Below are positions 35,017 through 44,534 of a DNA stretch of 63,790 bases, piece after piece. Origin of the DNA: Solirubrobacteraceae bacterium (GTDB taxonomy: Bacteria > Actinomycetota > Thermoleophilia > Solirubrobacterales > Solirubrobacteraceae); assembly GCA_051001875.1 (NCBI GenBank), contig JBPCMW010000031.1:1-63790 (forward strand). Direction: 5' to 3'. The stretch's first letter is position 1. Each line of letters opens with the position of its first letter. A program made the position numbers and the translations under genes. The notes below the pieces were generated by a model, which was given only the letters and a program-made list of their open reading frames with translations, was not told the origin of the DNA and ran no database searches.

Positions 35017-36975
35017 CTACTCGGCGGTGCCGCCGGCCAGGCCCGGCCGGGGCAGCGGGCGCGGACCCTCGCGGCCGGCGCGATCGGACGCCGACGCCGA
35101 CGCCGACGGGATCGGCACCTTCGGCGGAGGCGGCGCCTCGGCGCCGAACACGGACTCCTCCGTGCCGTCGTCGAGCAACGCCTCGAACTGCTCTTTCTCG
35201 ATCGTCTCCCGCTTGATCAGGATCTCCGAGAGCTTCTCGAGTGAGTCCTTGCGTTGGGTCAGGATCTCCTTGGCCAGCACATGCGCGGACTCGATGATGC
35301 GCCGAATCTCGTCGTCGATCTCCCGGGCGATCTCATCGGAGTAGTCCGGCTCGGCGGAGAATTCCCGGCCCAGGAATGGCATGCCGTGGTCGTGGCCGAA
35401 CACGCGCGGCCCGAGCTTCTCCGACATCCCGAAGCGCATCACCATCTGCTTGGCCGTCGCGGTCACCTTCTCGAGGTCGTTCGAGGCTCCGGTGGTGATC
35501 TCGCCGAAGACGATCTCCTCGGCGGCGCGCCCCCCGAGGGTCATGGCCAGCATGTCCTGGAGCTCCGCGCGCGTGGTAAGGAACTTGTCCTCCGTCGGCA
35601 GCGAAATCGTGTACCCGAGCGCCTGGCCGCGGGAAATGACCGAGATCTTGTGCACCGGATCGGAATTGGGCAGGTAGTGCCCAACGATCGCGTGACCCAT
35701 CTCGTGGTAGGCGGTGATCTTGCGTTCCTTGTCGCTCATCACCCGGGTCTTCTTCTCCGGGCCGGCGATCACGCGCATGATCCCTTCCTCGAGCTCGACC
35801 TGGCTGATCTCGCGCTTGCCGTTGCGCGCGGAGAGCAGCGCCGCCTCGTTGACGAGGTTCGAGAGGTCGGCGCCGGTGAAGCCCGGGGTCTGGCCGGCCA
35901 GCGTGTCGACGTCGATCTCGCGCGCCAATGGCTTGCCGCGAGTGTGGACCTCGAGGATCTTCTTGCGGCCGAGGCGGTCGGGACGATCGACCACGATCTG
36001 GCGATCGAAGCGCCCGGGCCGCAGCAGCGCCGGGTCAAGGATGTCCGGGCGGTTGGTGGCAGCGATGAGAATGATGTTGTCCTTCACCTCGAAGCCGTCC
36101 ATCTCCACCAGCAGCTGGTTCAGCGTCTGCTCGCGCTCGTCGTGACCACCGCCGAGGCCCGCGCCACGGTGACGACCGACGGCGTCGATCTCGTCCATGA
36201 AGATGATGCAGGGAGAATTCTGCTTTGCCTGCTCGAACAGGTCGCGCACGCGGGACGCGCCCACGCCGACGAACATCTCGACGAAGTCTGAGCCGGAGAT
36301 CGAGAAGAACGGGACGCCGGCCTCACCCGCGACCGCGCGGGCCAGCAGCGTCTTACCCGTCCCCGGCGGCCCGTACAGCAGCACGCCCTTGGGGATCCGG
36401 GCCCCCAGGGCCTGGAATTTCTTTGGGTTCTCGAGGAACTCCTTGATCTCGTGCAGCTCCTCGACTGCCTCGTCGACGCCGGCCACGTCACGGAAGGTGA
36501 TCTTCGGACTATCGACCGACATCCGCTTGGCTCGGGACTTGCCGAACGACATCACCTTCGACCCGCCACCCTGCACCTGGTTCATCAGGAATATCCAGAA
36601 CCCGATGAAGATCACGAACGGGAGGATGTAGGTCAGCAGCGACAGCCAGCCGTTGGATGCCTTGCCCTGGACGTCAAAGCCGCTCTGGTCGGCGATGTGG
36701 TCGTGGGCCAGGGTGATCAGCGTCGGCGTGTACTGATCTGGGAACCCCACGCTGTACTTCTGGCCGCCGTACTGAGGCAGCAGCGTGACGTCCGCAGTGT
36801 TGTCCCTCTCCTTCAGCGTGAGGCTCTTGACCTCGTTGCCGTTGAGCTGCGAGATCAGGTTGCCGAACGTCTGCTTCTGCGTCTTGCTCGAGTTGCCGAT
36901 CAGCTTCTGGGCGAAGAACGCCAGCACGACGACGATCAGGATCGGGAAAGCTGCGCTCTTGAAAAACCTGCTCAT
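35017..36975 (-). CDS. ftsH: ATP-dependent zinc metalloprotease FtsH
   Basis: Two [29 protein letters not shown]. Confidence 0.98.
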   Translation of the reverse strand: MSRFFKSAAFPILIVVVLAFFAQKLIGNSSKTQKQTFGNLISQLNGNEVKSLTLKERDNTADVTLLPQYGGQKYSVGFPDQYTPTLITLAHDHIADQSGFDVQGKASNGWLSLLTYILPFVIFIGFWIFLMNQVQGGGSKVMSFGKSRAKRMSVDSPKITFRDVAGVDEAVEELHEIKEFLENPKKFQALGARIPKGVLLYGPPGTGKTLLARAVAGEAGVPFFSISGSDFVEMFVGVGASRVRDLFEQAKQNSPCIIFMDEIDAVGRHRGAGLGGGHDEREQTLNQLLVEMDGFEVKDNIILIAATNRPDILDPALLRPGRFDRQIVVDRPDRLGRKKILEVHTRGKPLAREIDVDTLAGQTPGFTGADLSNLVNEAALLSARNGKREISQVELEEGIMRVIAGPEKKTRVMSDKERKITAYHEMGHAIVGHYLPNSDPVHKISVISRGQALGYTISLPTEDKFLTTRAELQDMLAMTLGGRAAEEIVFGEITTGASNDLEKVTATAKQMVMRFGMSEKLGPRVFGHDHGMPFLGREFSAEPDYSDEIAREIDDEIRRIIESAHVLAKEILTQRKDSLEKLSEILIKRETIEKEQFEALLDDGTEESVFGAEAPPPPKVPIPSASASASDRAGREGPRPLPRPGLAGGTAE

Positions 36976-37072
36976 AGGAGAAATCCACGCATGCGGCGCG
37001 ACGGCTGGGAGGCGGGAGAAAGCAAGCGTAGCACCTGGGTTTGGGGCTCAGGACAGCGCTGCATGGGTGCTT

Positions 37073-37603
37073 TCATTCCTTCAACGCCGCGACGTAGGGC
37101 AAGTTGCGGTAGCGCTCGCCGTGGTCGAGGCCGTAGCCGATGGCGAATCGGTTGGGAATCTCGAAGCCGACGTAGCGAGTATGAAGTTCCACCTTGCGCC
37201 GCTCGGGCTTGATCAGCAGCGCGCACACCTCGAGTGAGCGCGGGTTCCGGCCCTCGAGGTTTCGCAGCAGATACTGCAGCGTGAGCCCGGAGTCGACGAT
37301 GTCCTCGACGATCAGCACATCGCGTCCCTCGATCACCGCGTCGAGGTCCTTGAGGATCCGGACCACGCCCGAGGATTTGGTCGCCGAGCCGTACGACGCC
37401 ACGGCCATGAAGTCGACTTCGACCGGGACCTCGAGCCGGCGCATCAGGTCGGAGAGAAAGAACACCGCGCCCTTCAGGACGCCGATCAGGATCAGATCCC
37501 TACCGGCGTAGTCGCGCGAGATCTCCGCGGCCAGCTCGCCGACCCGGCGCTCGAGATCCTCCGCGGGAACCAGGATGTCCCCGATCGCTTCGTCGTCGGC
37601 CAC
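37073..37603 (-). CDS. hpt: Hypoxanthine phosphoribosyltransferase
   Basis: GVLKGA, VLIVEDIVDSGLTL, GYGLD...YRNLPY. Confidence 0.97.
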   Translation of the reverse strand: MADDEAIGDILVPAEDLERRVGELAAEISRDYAGRDLILIGVLKGAVFFLSDLMRRLEVPVEVDFMAVASYGSATKSSGVVRILKDLDAVIEGRDVLIVEDIVDSGLTLQYLLRNLEGRNPRSLEVCALLIKPERRKVELHTRYVGFEIPNRFAIGYGLDHGERYRNLPYVAALKE

Positions 37604-37609
37604 GTCGTT

Positions 37610-38584
37610 TTAGTTTATGGGCGAGCTGACGCTCGCCTGTTGGTTGGGGTCGGCAGCAGCCGGAACCGTCGCGTTCCGTCGGGCCAGCCGTAGCGTTCCC
37701 CGCCGGACCTCCGCGCGAACGCCATGGGGGAGATCGAGCGCGGCGTGATCGCTGAGCGCCGCAATTTCCTCGGCTCGCCGGGCAGTTCCCGGCGCGGGGC
37801 GCCCGGCCGCACCGTCGGCCAACCGCTGGACGACCAGCCGGCGCAGCCCCGGGGGCAGCCCGCGCAGCCGCTCAAGCTCAATCTGCGGCACTCCCCCGAG
37901 GGTCGCGTCCACGAGCTCGTCGAGAACCGCTGTCTCCTCGCGCAGCACATCAACCAGCGCGAGCACGTTCTGCTCCGCTGCGGGATGAATCTCCCGCAGC
38001 GCGGGGAGCAGCCCGCCGCGCACGCGTCCGCGTGCGTACGCGCGGGACTCGTTGCTCTCGTCCTCGCGCCAGGCCAGTCCGCGCTCACGGCAGTACGCGG
38101 CGGTCTGCTCGCGCGTGAACGCCAGCAGCGGCCGGATCAGCGAGCCCTGGCGCGGATGCATCCCCAGCAGCGCGCGCCGGCTCGGCGAGGACGCCAGCCG
38201 ATAGAGGACCGTTTCCACCTGATCGGTGGCGGTGTGACCGGCCGCGACGTCCGCGGGCCATGCCCGGGCGATCTGAGCCGCTGCGCCGTAGCGCTCCTCC
38301 CGCGCCCACGCCTGCAGGTTGCCGTTCTCACGACGAACCGGGCGCCGGAGCTCAAGCGGGATCTGGAGACGCTCGCACAGCTCCGAGCACCAGCGCTCAT
38401 CGGCACTGGCCTGAACCCGCAGGCCGTAGTTGACGTGGAGCGCCCGAACGAGACCCGATCCCGCGATCCTGACCGCGAGATCGGCCAGGCAGGTGGAGTC
38501 GCGTCCTCCGGACAGCATCACCAGGACCGCGCGCCCCGGGGCCAGCAGCCCCTCGTCCTGAACCTGGTCAAGGAGCATTGTCAC
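37610..38584 (-). CDS. tilS: tRNA(Ile)-lysidine synthetase (short form)
   Basis: SGGRDS, HVNYGLR, AREERY, GHTATDQVET, IRPLL, DESN. Confidence 0.95.
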   Translation of the reverse strand: MTMLLDQVQDEGLLAPGRAVLVMLSGGRDSTCLADLAVRIAGSGLVRALHVNYGLRVQASADERWCSELCERLQIPLELRRPVRRENGNLQAWAREERYGAAAQIARAWPADVAAGHTATDQVETVLYRLASSPSRRALLGMHPRQGSLIRPLLAFTREQTAAYCRERGLAWREDESNESRAYARGRVRGGLLPALREIHPAAEQNVLALVDVLREETAVLDELVDATLGGVPQIELERLRGLPPGLRRLVVQRLADGAAGRPAPGTARRAEEIAALSDHAALDLPHGVRAEVRRGTLRLARRNATVPAAADPNQQASVSSPIN

Positions 38585-39786
38585 CTCTGCACCCGCTGGC
38601 GGGCGATGAAGATCTCGGTCGAGTCGCTGAACCCCTTCAGACGGACCTCGGCGATCCGCTCGAACTCCAGGTGCGATCCCGCGTGCTCGACCACGGGGCG
38701 GGTCACCAGCACCTCGCCCCCGCCGGACCGCGCGGCCACGCGAGAGGCGATGTTCACGTCCCGGCCGTAGTAATCGCCCTCGCGATAGAGCGCATTTCCG
38801 TAATGGACGCCGATCCGCGGCAGCGGACGCTCACTCTGCAGGCGCTGGAAGCCGACCGCCCAGTCGGTCAGCGCCGCGGGATCCGAGCCCACCACCATGG
38901 CCTCGTCGCCGATCGTCTTGATCACGCGCGCGGTGTCCGGGAGGGTGATTTCAACCGCCTCGACGAATCGCTCGACAGCGTCCACGGCCTCCAACTCGCC
39001 CTCTTCTTCGGTCAGCCGGGTGTATCCCGCCAGATCAGCGAACGCGATCGCGACGCGCATCCGCCCGAGGTCAAGCGTGTCGCCGGCCAGATCGGTCTCC
39101 ATGTGACCGACCACATCCTGCTCGACGAAGTGCTGCAGGTAGCGCTGGTGGACCTGGTCCATGACCGGAGAGGCCAACGGCAGCAGCTCGCGGGTGAGCG
39201 CGAGCATCTCCTCGGCCATCTCCAGGCCATCGGAGCCGGATCGCATCAGCGGCTCGTGGACGTACAGATGGAACAGCCTCACCTCCGCGTCGGCGACCTG
39301 GGCCATCGCCTGGCCGTAGACCCGCACGAGCTGGAGCATGGCCACGAGCGGCAATCCGGCCGCCAGCACCGCCGCCACGTATCGCAGCAGCTGCAGATCG
39401 TCCTCGGAGATCAGGCGCGCCTGGGTGGGGCTCCAGCCCAGGGCGGTGACGATCCGCTCGATCAAGGCCGGTTCCAGACCGGTCTCCCGGGAGGCGTCCT
39501 GCAGCGAGTAGACGACATCCTCGTGCGGGAACAGCTCCTGGATGTACCCGAAGGCGAGCCGTCCCTCGTCGGTGGCCTGCCGGATGCGCTCCAGGGAGTG
39601 GCCGCGCTCGCGCAGCCTGGCCACCACGCGCGCATGGGCCACAGCGGCGTCGCTCCAGTGACCGTCGTACTGCGGAAGCACCCCCCGCGACGCCCAGCGC
39701 CGCAGCGTCTCGGGCCGGACGCCCGCGCGACGAGCGGCCTCCTTGAGGGACGCCGTCCCCTTGGTGTTGTCCCTGGTGCTCGACAT
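38581..39786 (-). CDS. Class III adenylate cyclase with N-terminal MerR-like HTH and regulatory domain
   Basis: SLKEAARRAGVRPETLRRW HTH; FADLAGYT, IKTIGDEAM, GDYYGRDVNIASRV. Confidence 0.9.
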   Translation of the reverse strand: MSSTRDNTKGTASLKEAARRAGVRPETLRRWASRGVLPQYDGHWSDAAVAHARVVARLRERGHSLERIRQATDEGRLAFGYIQELFPHEDVVYSLQDASRETGLEPALIERIVTALGWSPTQARLISEDDLQLLRYVAAVLAAGLPLVAMLQLVRVYGQAMAQVADAEVRLFHLYVHEPLMRSGSDGLEMAEEMLALTRELLPLASPVMDQVHQRYLQHFVEQDVVGHMETDLAGDTLDLGRMRVAIAFADLAGYTRLTEEEGELEAVDAVERFVEAVEITLPDTARVIKTIGDEAMVVGSDPAALTDWAVGFQRLQSERPLPRIGVHYGNALYREGDYYGRDVNIASRVAARSGGGEVLVTRPVVEHAGSHLEFERIAEVRLKGFSDSTEIFIARQRVQR

Positions 39787-40040
39787 ACGACAGATTGTGC
39801 TGCCCGGGCTGGACTCGTGCCCGAGGCGGATCAGCCTGGGTGGCAGCCGCCCGTCGCTCGCGGCAAGCAGTTGGCGGCGGGACCTCGAGGAGAACGAGGG
39901 CCCGTCGCCTGCGGACGAGACGGCCCGCTGCGTCGGCCGTAGGCGCTCGTCACGTTTCCGGCGGCGCCTCGCGAGCGGAGTATCGGGGATGTCCCGTCAC
40001 CACGCTCACGATCCGGCCTGTTGCCTTGCTTGATGACGTA

Positions 40041-40069
40041 GGTCTACTCGCCGTGCGGACGGATGTCAA
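40041..40069 (-). promoter_or_regulatory. Candidate sigma-70 promoter
   Basis: TTGACA-N17-TAGACC on the minus strand, about 250 nt upstream of the cyclase ATG. Confidence 0.45.
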
Positions 40070-40103
40070 CTGACGCGGCGCGGAAAACTCAGAAGGTGCG
40101 GCC

Positions 40104-40523
40104 TCAGACTTCGAGGTGCGGGTAATCCGCGGCGATCATGTCCCGGTAATGAGCGAATAGCGGCTTGGTGATCGGGATGATCGCCAAGGCTGCTTTGACG
40201 TCGCCACCGGCCTTGATCCTCCGCCGCGCGATGGCGATCGCGACGTTCTCCTTGCCCTGGAAATAGCGATTCGCGGTGTCCGAGTTCATCGTCATGCGGA
40301 CCTTCGGCTCCCAGGTCACCTCATCGGACCATTCCCAGGCCAGGTTGGGCTCGTCGCCGCCTCCGGCACGAATGTTGACGACCAGGTCGAAGTCGGTGAA
40401 CTCGAACCGCTGGGGGGTGTCGGCGTCTCGCAGCTGCGGCCCCATGTCGGGGTCGTCGCGCATGAGCATGAACGTCCGATCCATGACCTCGCGGAACTCC
40501 TGCGCGGAGCGAAAGCAACTCAT
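40104..40523 (-). CDS. SCP2 sterol-binding domain protein
   Basis: PKVRMTMNSDTANRYFQGKENVAIAIARRRIKAGGD pattern. Confidence 0.85.
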   Translation of the reverse strand: MSCFRSAQEFREVMDRTFMLMRDDPDMGPQLRDADTPQRFEFTDFDLVVNIRAGGGDEPNLAWEWSDEVTWEPKVRMTMNSDTANRYFQGKENVAIAIARRRIKAGGDVKAALAIIPITKPLFAHYRDMIAADYPHLEV

Positions 40524-40618
40524 CGGGCTCGGCCCGTCCTGCCGTGGCGGCTCATGGCGGCGGAGTCTAAGTGGTCGGAGACCACGGGTGGCGGCAGGCC
40601 ATAGGGTTCATTCCCGCG

Positions 40619-41323
40619 ATGAGCGAGACGCTGCACCTTCACCCGACGGCTCCTCTGGCTGGACGGGTGCTGCTCCCCGGCGACCCGGGCCGAGCGCTGC
40701 TGCTGGCGCAGTCGCTGCTGGCGGAGCCACGGATGTTCAACCACAATCGCGGGCTCTGGGGGTATACGGGGGTCGCGGCCGACGGTGAGCAGCTCACGAT
40801 CCAGAGCACGGGCATGGGCGGTCCCAGTGCGGCGATCGTGATCTCCGAGCTCGCCCAGCTGGGGGCGAGGACCATGCTGCGAGTCGGAACCTGCGGTGCC
40901 CTGGTGCAGTCGCTGAGCCTCGGCGAGCTGCTGATCGCGGATGCGGCGCTGGTCGCGGACGGCGCCAGCGCGGCGCTCGGCGCTCCCGAGCGCGTTGAGG
41001 GGAGCCCAGAGCTCGTCAGGGCCCTACAGACCGCCGCCGGCTCGGATGCCCACACCGCCACGGTGGTCTCGACGGACCTGTTCTATGACCCGGGCCGGCG
41101 CGAGCAGGGCTGGCGCTTGGCCGGCGCGAGCGCGGTCGAGATGGAGACCGCCGTGCTGTTCACACTGGCCGGAGTCCACGGGATCCGTTCCGGCTCGGTG
41201 CTGATCGTCTCCGACCTGATCCTGCCCGAGCGGCGCCGGATCGCCGCCGACGCGCTGACGGCAGCCGAGCACAGCCTGGGAGAGCTCGCCGCCAGCGCGC
41301 TGTCGGCGTTACCGGTCCTCTGA
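40619..41323 (+). CDS. Purine/uridine nucleoside phosphorylase (DeoD-like)
   Basis: LLPGDPGRA, STGMGGPSAAI, RVGTCGAL, STDLFY, VEMETA. Confidence 0.9.
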   Translation: MSETLHLHPTAPLAGRVLLPGDPGRALLLAQSLLAEPRMFNHNRGLWGYTGVAADGEQLTIQSTGMGGPSAAIVISELAQLGARTMLRVGTCGALVQSLSLGELLIADAALVADGASAALGAPERVEGSPELVRALQTAAGSDAHTATVVSTDLFYDPGRREQGWRLAGASAVEMETAVLFTLAGVHGIRSGSVLIVSDLILPERRRIAADALTAAEHSLGELAASALSALPVL

Positions 41324-41373
41324 GTGCACGGTTCGCCCCGGGGCAGACCGGGGCAGGGCGGGGTTGGGCGGGG

Positions 41374-41757
41374 CTACTTTGAGGTCTTCCGGGGCTTGAC
41401 AGCAGCCTCGATCGCCGCCAGTCGCTCCTCGATCGCGCTCAAGCGCTGCTCGACCGCGCTCTGCGCCCCAAGGCCGTCGATCCGCTGCTCGAGGCGGTCC
41501 AGCCCATCCTCGATTCCCTCCAAGCGCTGCGACACCCCACGCAGGCGACGTGTCAGCCGCTCCAGGTCGCTGGCCGAGGGCAGATTCAAGGCGCCCATCG
41601 CCACCTCCTGGGCCCGCATCGCGCGTTCGCGGGTCTCGAAGGCTCGGGAGAGCGCGCCGCTGACCATCGGGTTGTCGAGCAACTCCTGGGCCAGCCGACC
41701 GATTGCTTCTTCGCCCTGACGGGTCATCCGTTCCTTCAGTCCTTTTTCATCGCTCAT
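41374..41757 (-). CDS. Coiled-coil phasin/PhaE-like hypothetical protein
   Basis: ALNLPSASDLERLTRRL followed by heptad repeats; GGAGG RBS. Confidence 0.75.
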   Translation of the reverse strand: MSDEKGLKERMTRQGEEAIGRLAQELLDNPMVSGALSRAFETRERAMRAQEVAMGALNLPSASDLERLTRRLRGVSQRLEGIEDGLDRLEQRIDGLGAQSAVEQRLSAIEERLAAIEAAVKPRKTSK

Positions 41758-42116
41758 CGTGGCGTTCGCCTCCTGGGTAATCCGGTAACCGGTCGCACCC
41801 TAGGCCAAATCTCTTGCGCTCCTACGTCTCTCATGCTGAACTTGAAGGTTAGGCATGCGGTTTCTCGGGGTTGCTTCCCGGATTTTTTGCGCAGAGATCA
41901 CTACAAGTGACAGCGTTCCCGCGCCGGTGGAAGTCCGTGCCGGCAAAATCCCCCCCGATCCCCCGTGCTCCCGCTGCTCTCCGACGAAACCCAGCGACCA
42001 CGACGGTTCGTCGTTGCAAAGCCCGATTTCAATCAGTAGCGTGCCGTTTGCGTCGCCGCCCTACAGCGGCGATATATGAGATGCGCACGCCGATTGGCGG
42101 GAGGAGTTAGACCACA

Positions 42117-44534
42117 GTGTTCAGGCGAAGGAAGCTGAGGATCCCTGTTGCTGCGGCAGGCGCCGCGGCGGTTGTGATGGGCCTCTCCGCGATCCCGACT
42201 GCCTCCGGGGCACTCCCGTCGTGCGTGAGCACGCCGGGGCTCCAGATTCCAGGCGTGACCTGCGCGGCGACGACCACTTCGTCGACGACCACGTCCTCGC
42301 CGCCGACCACCACCTCTACGACCACGACGACGACCACGACGAGCAGCTCTCACCCCACGACCCACAAGCAGGCGCCCCCGCCGCGGCCGACTGGTCCGAG
42401 CACGACCCAGCGGCCGTCCACACACAACGGCGGGAAAGCCGGCAAGCACTCCGGCAGCCGACGGACCGGCAAGGGGAAGGGCACCGGCAAGACCAAGGGT
42501 CACAAGCCGGCCGCCACGCCGACCAAGCCGCCCGCGCTGCGCGGCAGCGGCGGAATGCCCACCGCCTCAAACCCGACGTTCTCCTTCGCCCTGCCCGGCG
42601 CCGCCCCGATCGGCGTTCCCAACTTCTTCATCGACTCGTTCCGGATCCCGCCGTTCCTGATTCCGATCTATCAGGCGGCCGGCATCCAGTACGACATCCC
42701 CTGGCAGATCCTGGCCGGGATCAACGAGATCGAGACGGACTACGGGCGCAACCTCTCGGTCTCCAGCGCCAACGCGGTCGGCTGGATGCAGTTCCTCCCC
42801 TCGACCTGGAAGACCTGGGGGGTCGACGCTAACGGCGACGGCGTGGCCGATCCCTATAACCCGGTGGATGCGATCTTCGCGGCGGCACGGTATCTGCACG
42901 CGGCGGGCGGCTCGACGAATCTCTCCCAGGGAATCTTTGCGTACAACCACGCGAGCTGGTACGTGCAGTCGGTGTTGCTCCGCGCGAAGCTGATCGGCGG
43001 AATGCCGGACAAGCTGATCGGGGCGCTGACCGGCCTGGTGCAGGGTCACTTCCCCGTGGCGTCGAAAGCCCGGTACGCCGATGACGGCGTCGAGCAGCTG
43101 GCCACGCGCCGGGTCCGTACGGCCAATGCCGCGCTGCCGGTCGCCTCCACCCCCAGCCGGTCGGTGTCGATCTACGCCAGCCAGCACGCACCGGTGATCG
43201 CGGTCAATGACGGCAAGATCGTCCAGGTCGGCGAGAGCCAGAGCCTGGGCCGGTTCGTCAAGCTCCAGGACGAGACCGGCAACACCTACACCTACGCGCA
43301 CCTGGGCTCGGTGCCCAAGCTCTATCCGGTGCCCAAGCCGGTGAAGCTCTCGGCGGCGGACCTGGCCAAGCAGCTCTCACTGCCGGCACTCCCCTCCCCC
43401 AAGTCTCCCGCGAGCGCGGGACAGCAGCAGAGCGCTCCCACCGTCTCGACGAAGCAGGCAACCCGCGAGGCCAAGACCGCCCCGACGCTGCCGCACACGA
43501 CCTCCACGTCGACAACCACGAGCGCCGCGAACGCCGCCGCGCCGCTGGTCAAGGAGCGGCTGTTCGCCCATCCCCCTCGGCCCGGCTCGTACGCCGCCGG
43601 GGGTCAGCTGCAATTGCGCAACACGCGGGCGCAGATCTCGAGCTTCCACAACTACTTCTCCGACGCCCTACACCTGGGCAAGAACCAGTACACGCTGGAG
43701 CCCTTGAAGGCCGGTGCGGTCGTGGTCGCCGGGACGGTGCTGGGCCGGATCGGGCCGGGGAGCTCGCGACAGGCCTCGCACGTGCAGTTCATGATTCAGC
43801 CGGCCGGCAAGTCGGCCCCGCAGATCGATCCCAAGCCGATCCTCGACGGGTGGAAGCTGCTCGAGGCGACCGCGGTGTACCGAGCATCCGGCGTGGATCC
43901 GTTCTTCGGCCCCGGCGCCAAGAACCCCACGATCGGCCAGATCCTGCTGATGAGCAAGGAGCAGCTGACCAACCGCATCCTGCAGGATCCGCACGTCCAG
44001 ATTTACTCATGCGGCCGCCGGGACATCCAGGCCGGCCTGATCGACCGTCGCGTGATGGCGACCGTCGAGTTCCTGTCGGCGTCCGGGCTGGACCCCACGG
44101 TCTCCGGCCTTGAGTGCGGTCACAGCCTGACGGGCTCGAGCGGTACCGACGCCGCCGGGGCGAGCGGATCGAGTGTCGACATCTCCAAGATCAACAACAT
44201 CCCGCTGCTCGGCCACCAGGGCCCCGGATCGATCGCCGACATCACGATCCGCCGGCTGCTGACTCTCCAGGGTGCGATGAAGCCCGACCAGATCGTCAGC
44301 CTGATGAGCTACAAGGGCCAGAACAGCACCCTCGCGCTGCCCGATCACAACAACCGGATCCAGGTCACCTACACGCCGCTGTTCGGCAACAACAAGAAGC
44401 TGTCGGACGAGATCAAGACGATCCTCAAGCCGGCCCAGTGGATCCAGCTGATCAGCCGGATCAGCCAGATCCCCGAACCGGTCGTCCCGATCACGCCGAG
44501 CAAGTACGCGCTCCGTACGGCCGGCGCCCACTGA
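42117..44534 (+). CDS. Secreted lytic transglycosylase with degenerate M23-like and C-terminal peptidase-like domains
   Basis: Signal peptide, Thr/Lys-rich linker, INEIETDYG, GWMQFLPSTW, AYNHA.WYV; PVIAVNDG..YTYAHL..GTVLGRIG..IDP. Confidence 0.88.
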   Translation: MFRRRKLRIPVAAAGAAAVVMGLSAIPTASGALPSCVSTPGLQIPGVTCAATTTSSTTTSSPPTTTSTTTTTTTTSSSHPTTHKQAPPPRPTGPSTTQRPSTHNGGKAGKHSGSRRTGKGKGTGKTKGHKPAATPTKPPALRGSGGMPTASNPTFSFALPGAAPIGVPNFFIDSFRIPPFLIPIYQAAGIQYDIPWQILAGINEIETDYGRNLSVSSANAVGWMQFLPSTWKTWGVDANGDGVADPYNPVDAIFAAARYLHAAGGSTNLSQGIFAYNHASWYVQSVLLRAKLIGGMPDKLIGALTGLVQGHFPVASKARYADDGVEQLATRRVRTANAALPVASTPSRSVSIYASQHAPVIAVNDGKIVQVGESQSLGRFVKLQDETGNTYTYAHLGSVPKLYPVPKPVKLSAADLAKQLSLPALPSPKSPASAGQQQSAPTVSTKQATREAKTAPTLPHTTSTSTTTSAANAAAPLVKERLFAHPPRPGSYAAGGQLQLRNTRAQISSFHNYFSDALHLGKNQYTLEPLKAGAVVVAGTVLGRIGPGSSRQASHVQFMIQPAGKSAPQIDPKPILDGWKLLEATAVYRASGVDPFFGPGAKNPTIGQILLMSKEQLTNRILQDPHVQIYSCGRRDIQAGLIDRRVMATVEFLSASGLDPTVSGLECGHSLTGSSGTDAAGASGSSVDISKINNIPLLGHQGPGSIADITIRRLLTLQGAMKPDQIVSLMSYKGQNSTLALPDHNNRIQVTYTPLFGNNKKLSDEIKTILKPAQWIQLISRISQIPEPVVPITPSKYALRTAGAH

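Noticed and set aside
41830-42110. c-di-AMP, c-di-GMP-I or 6C RNA
   Set aside because: Lacks the ydaO core motifs, the GEMM two-hairpin architecture and paired C-loop stems
42270-42350. ACC/ACG-rich repeat
   Set aside because: Encodes the Thr/Ser linker of the transglycosylase
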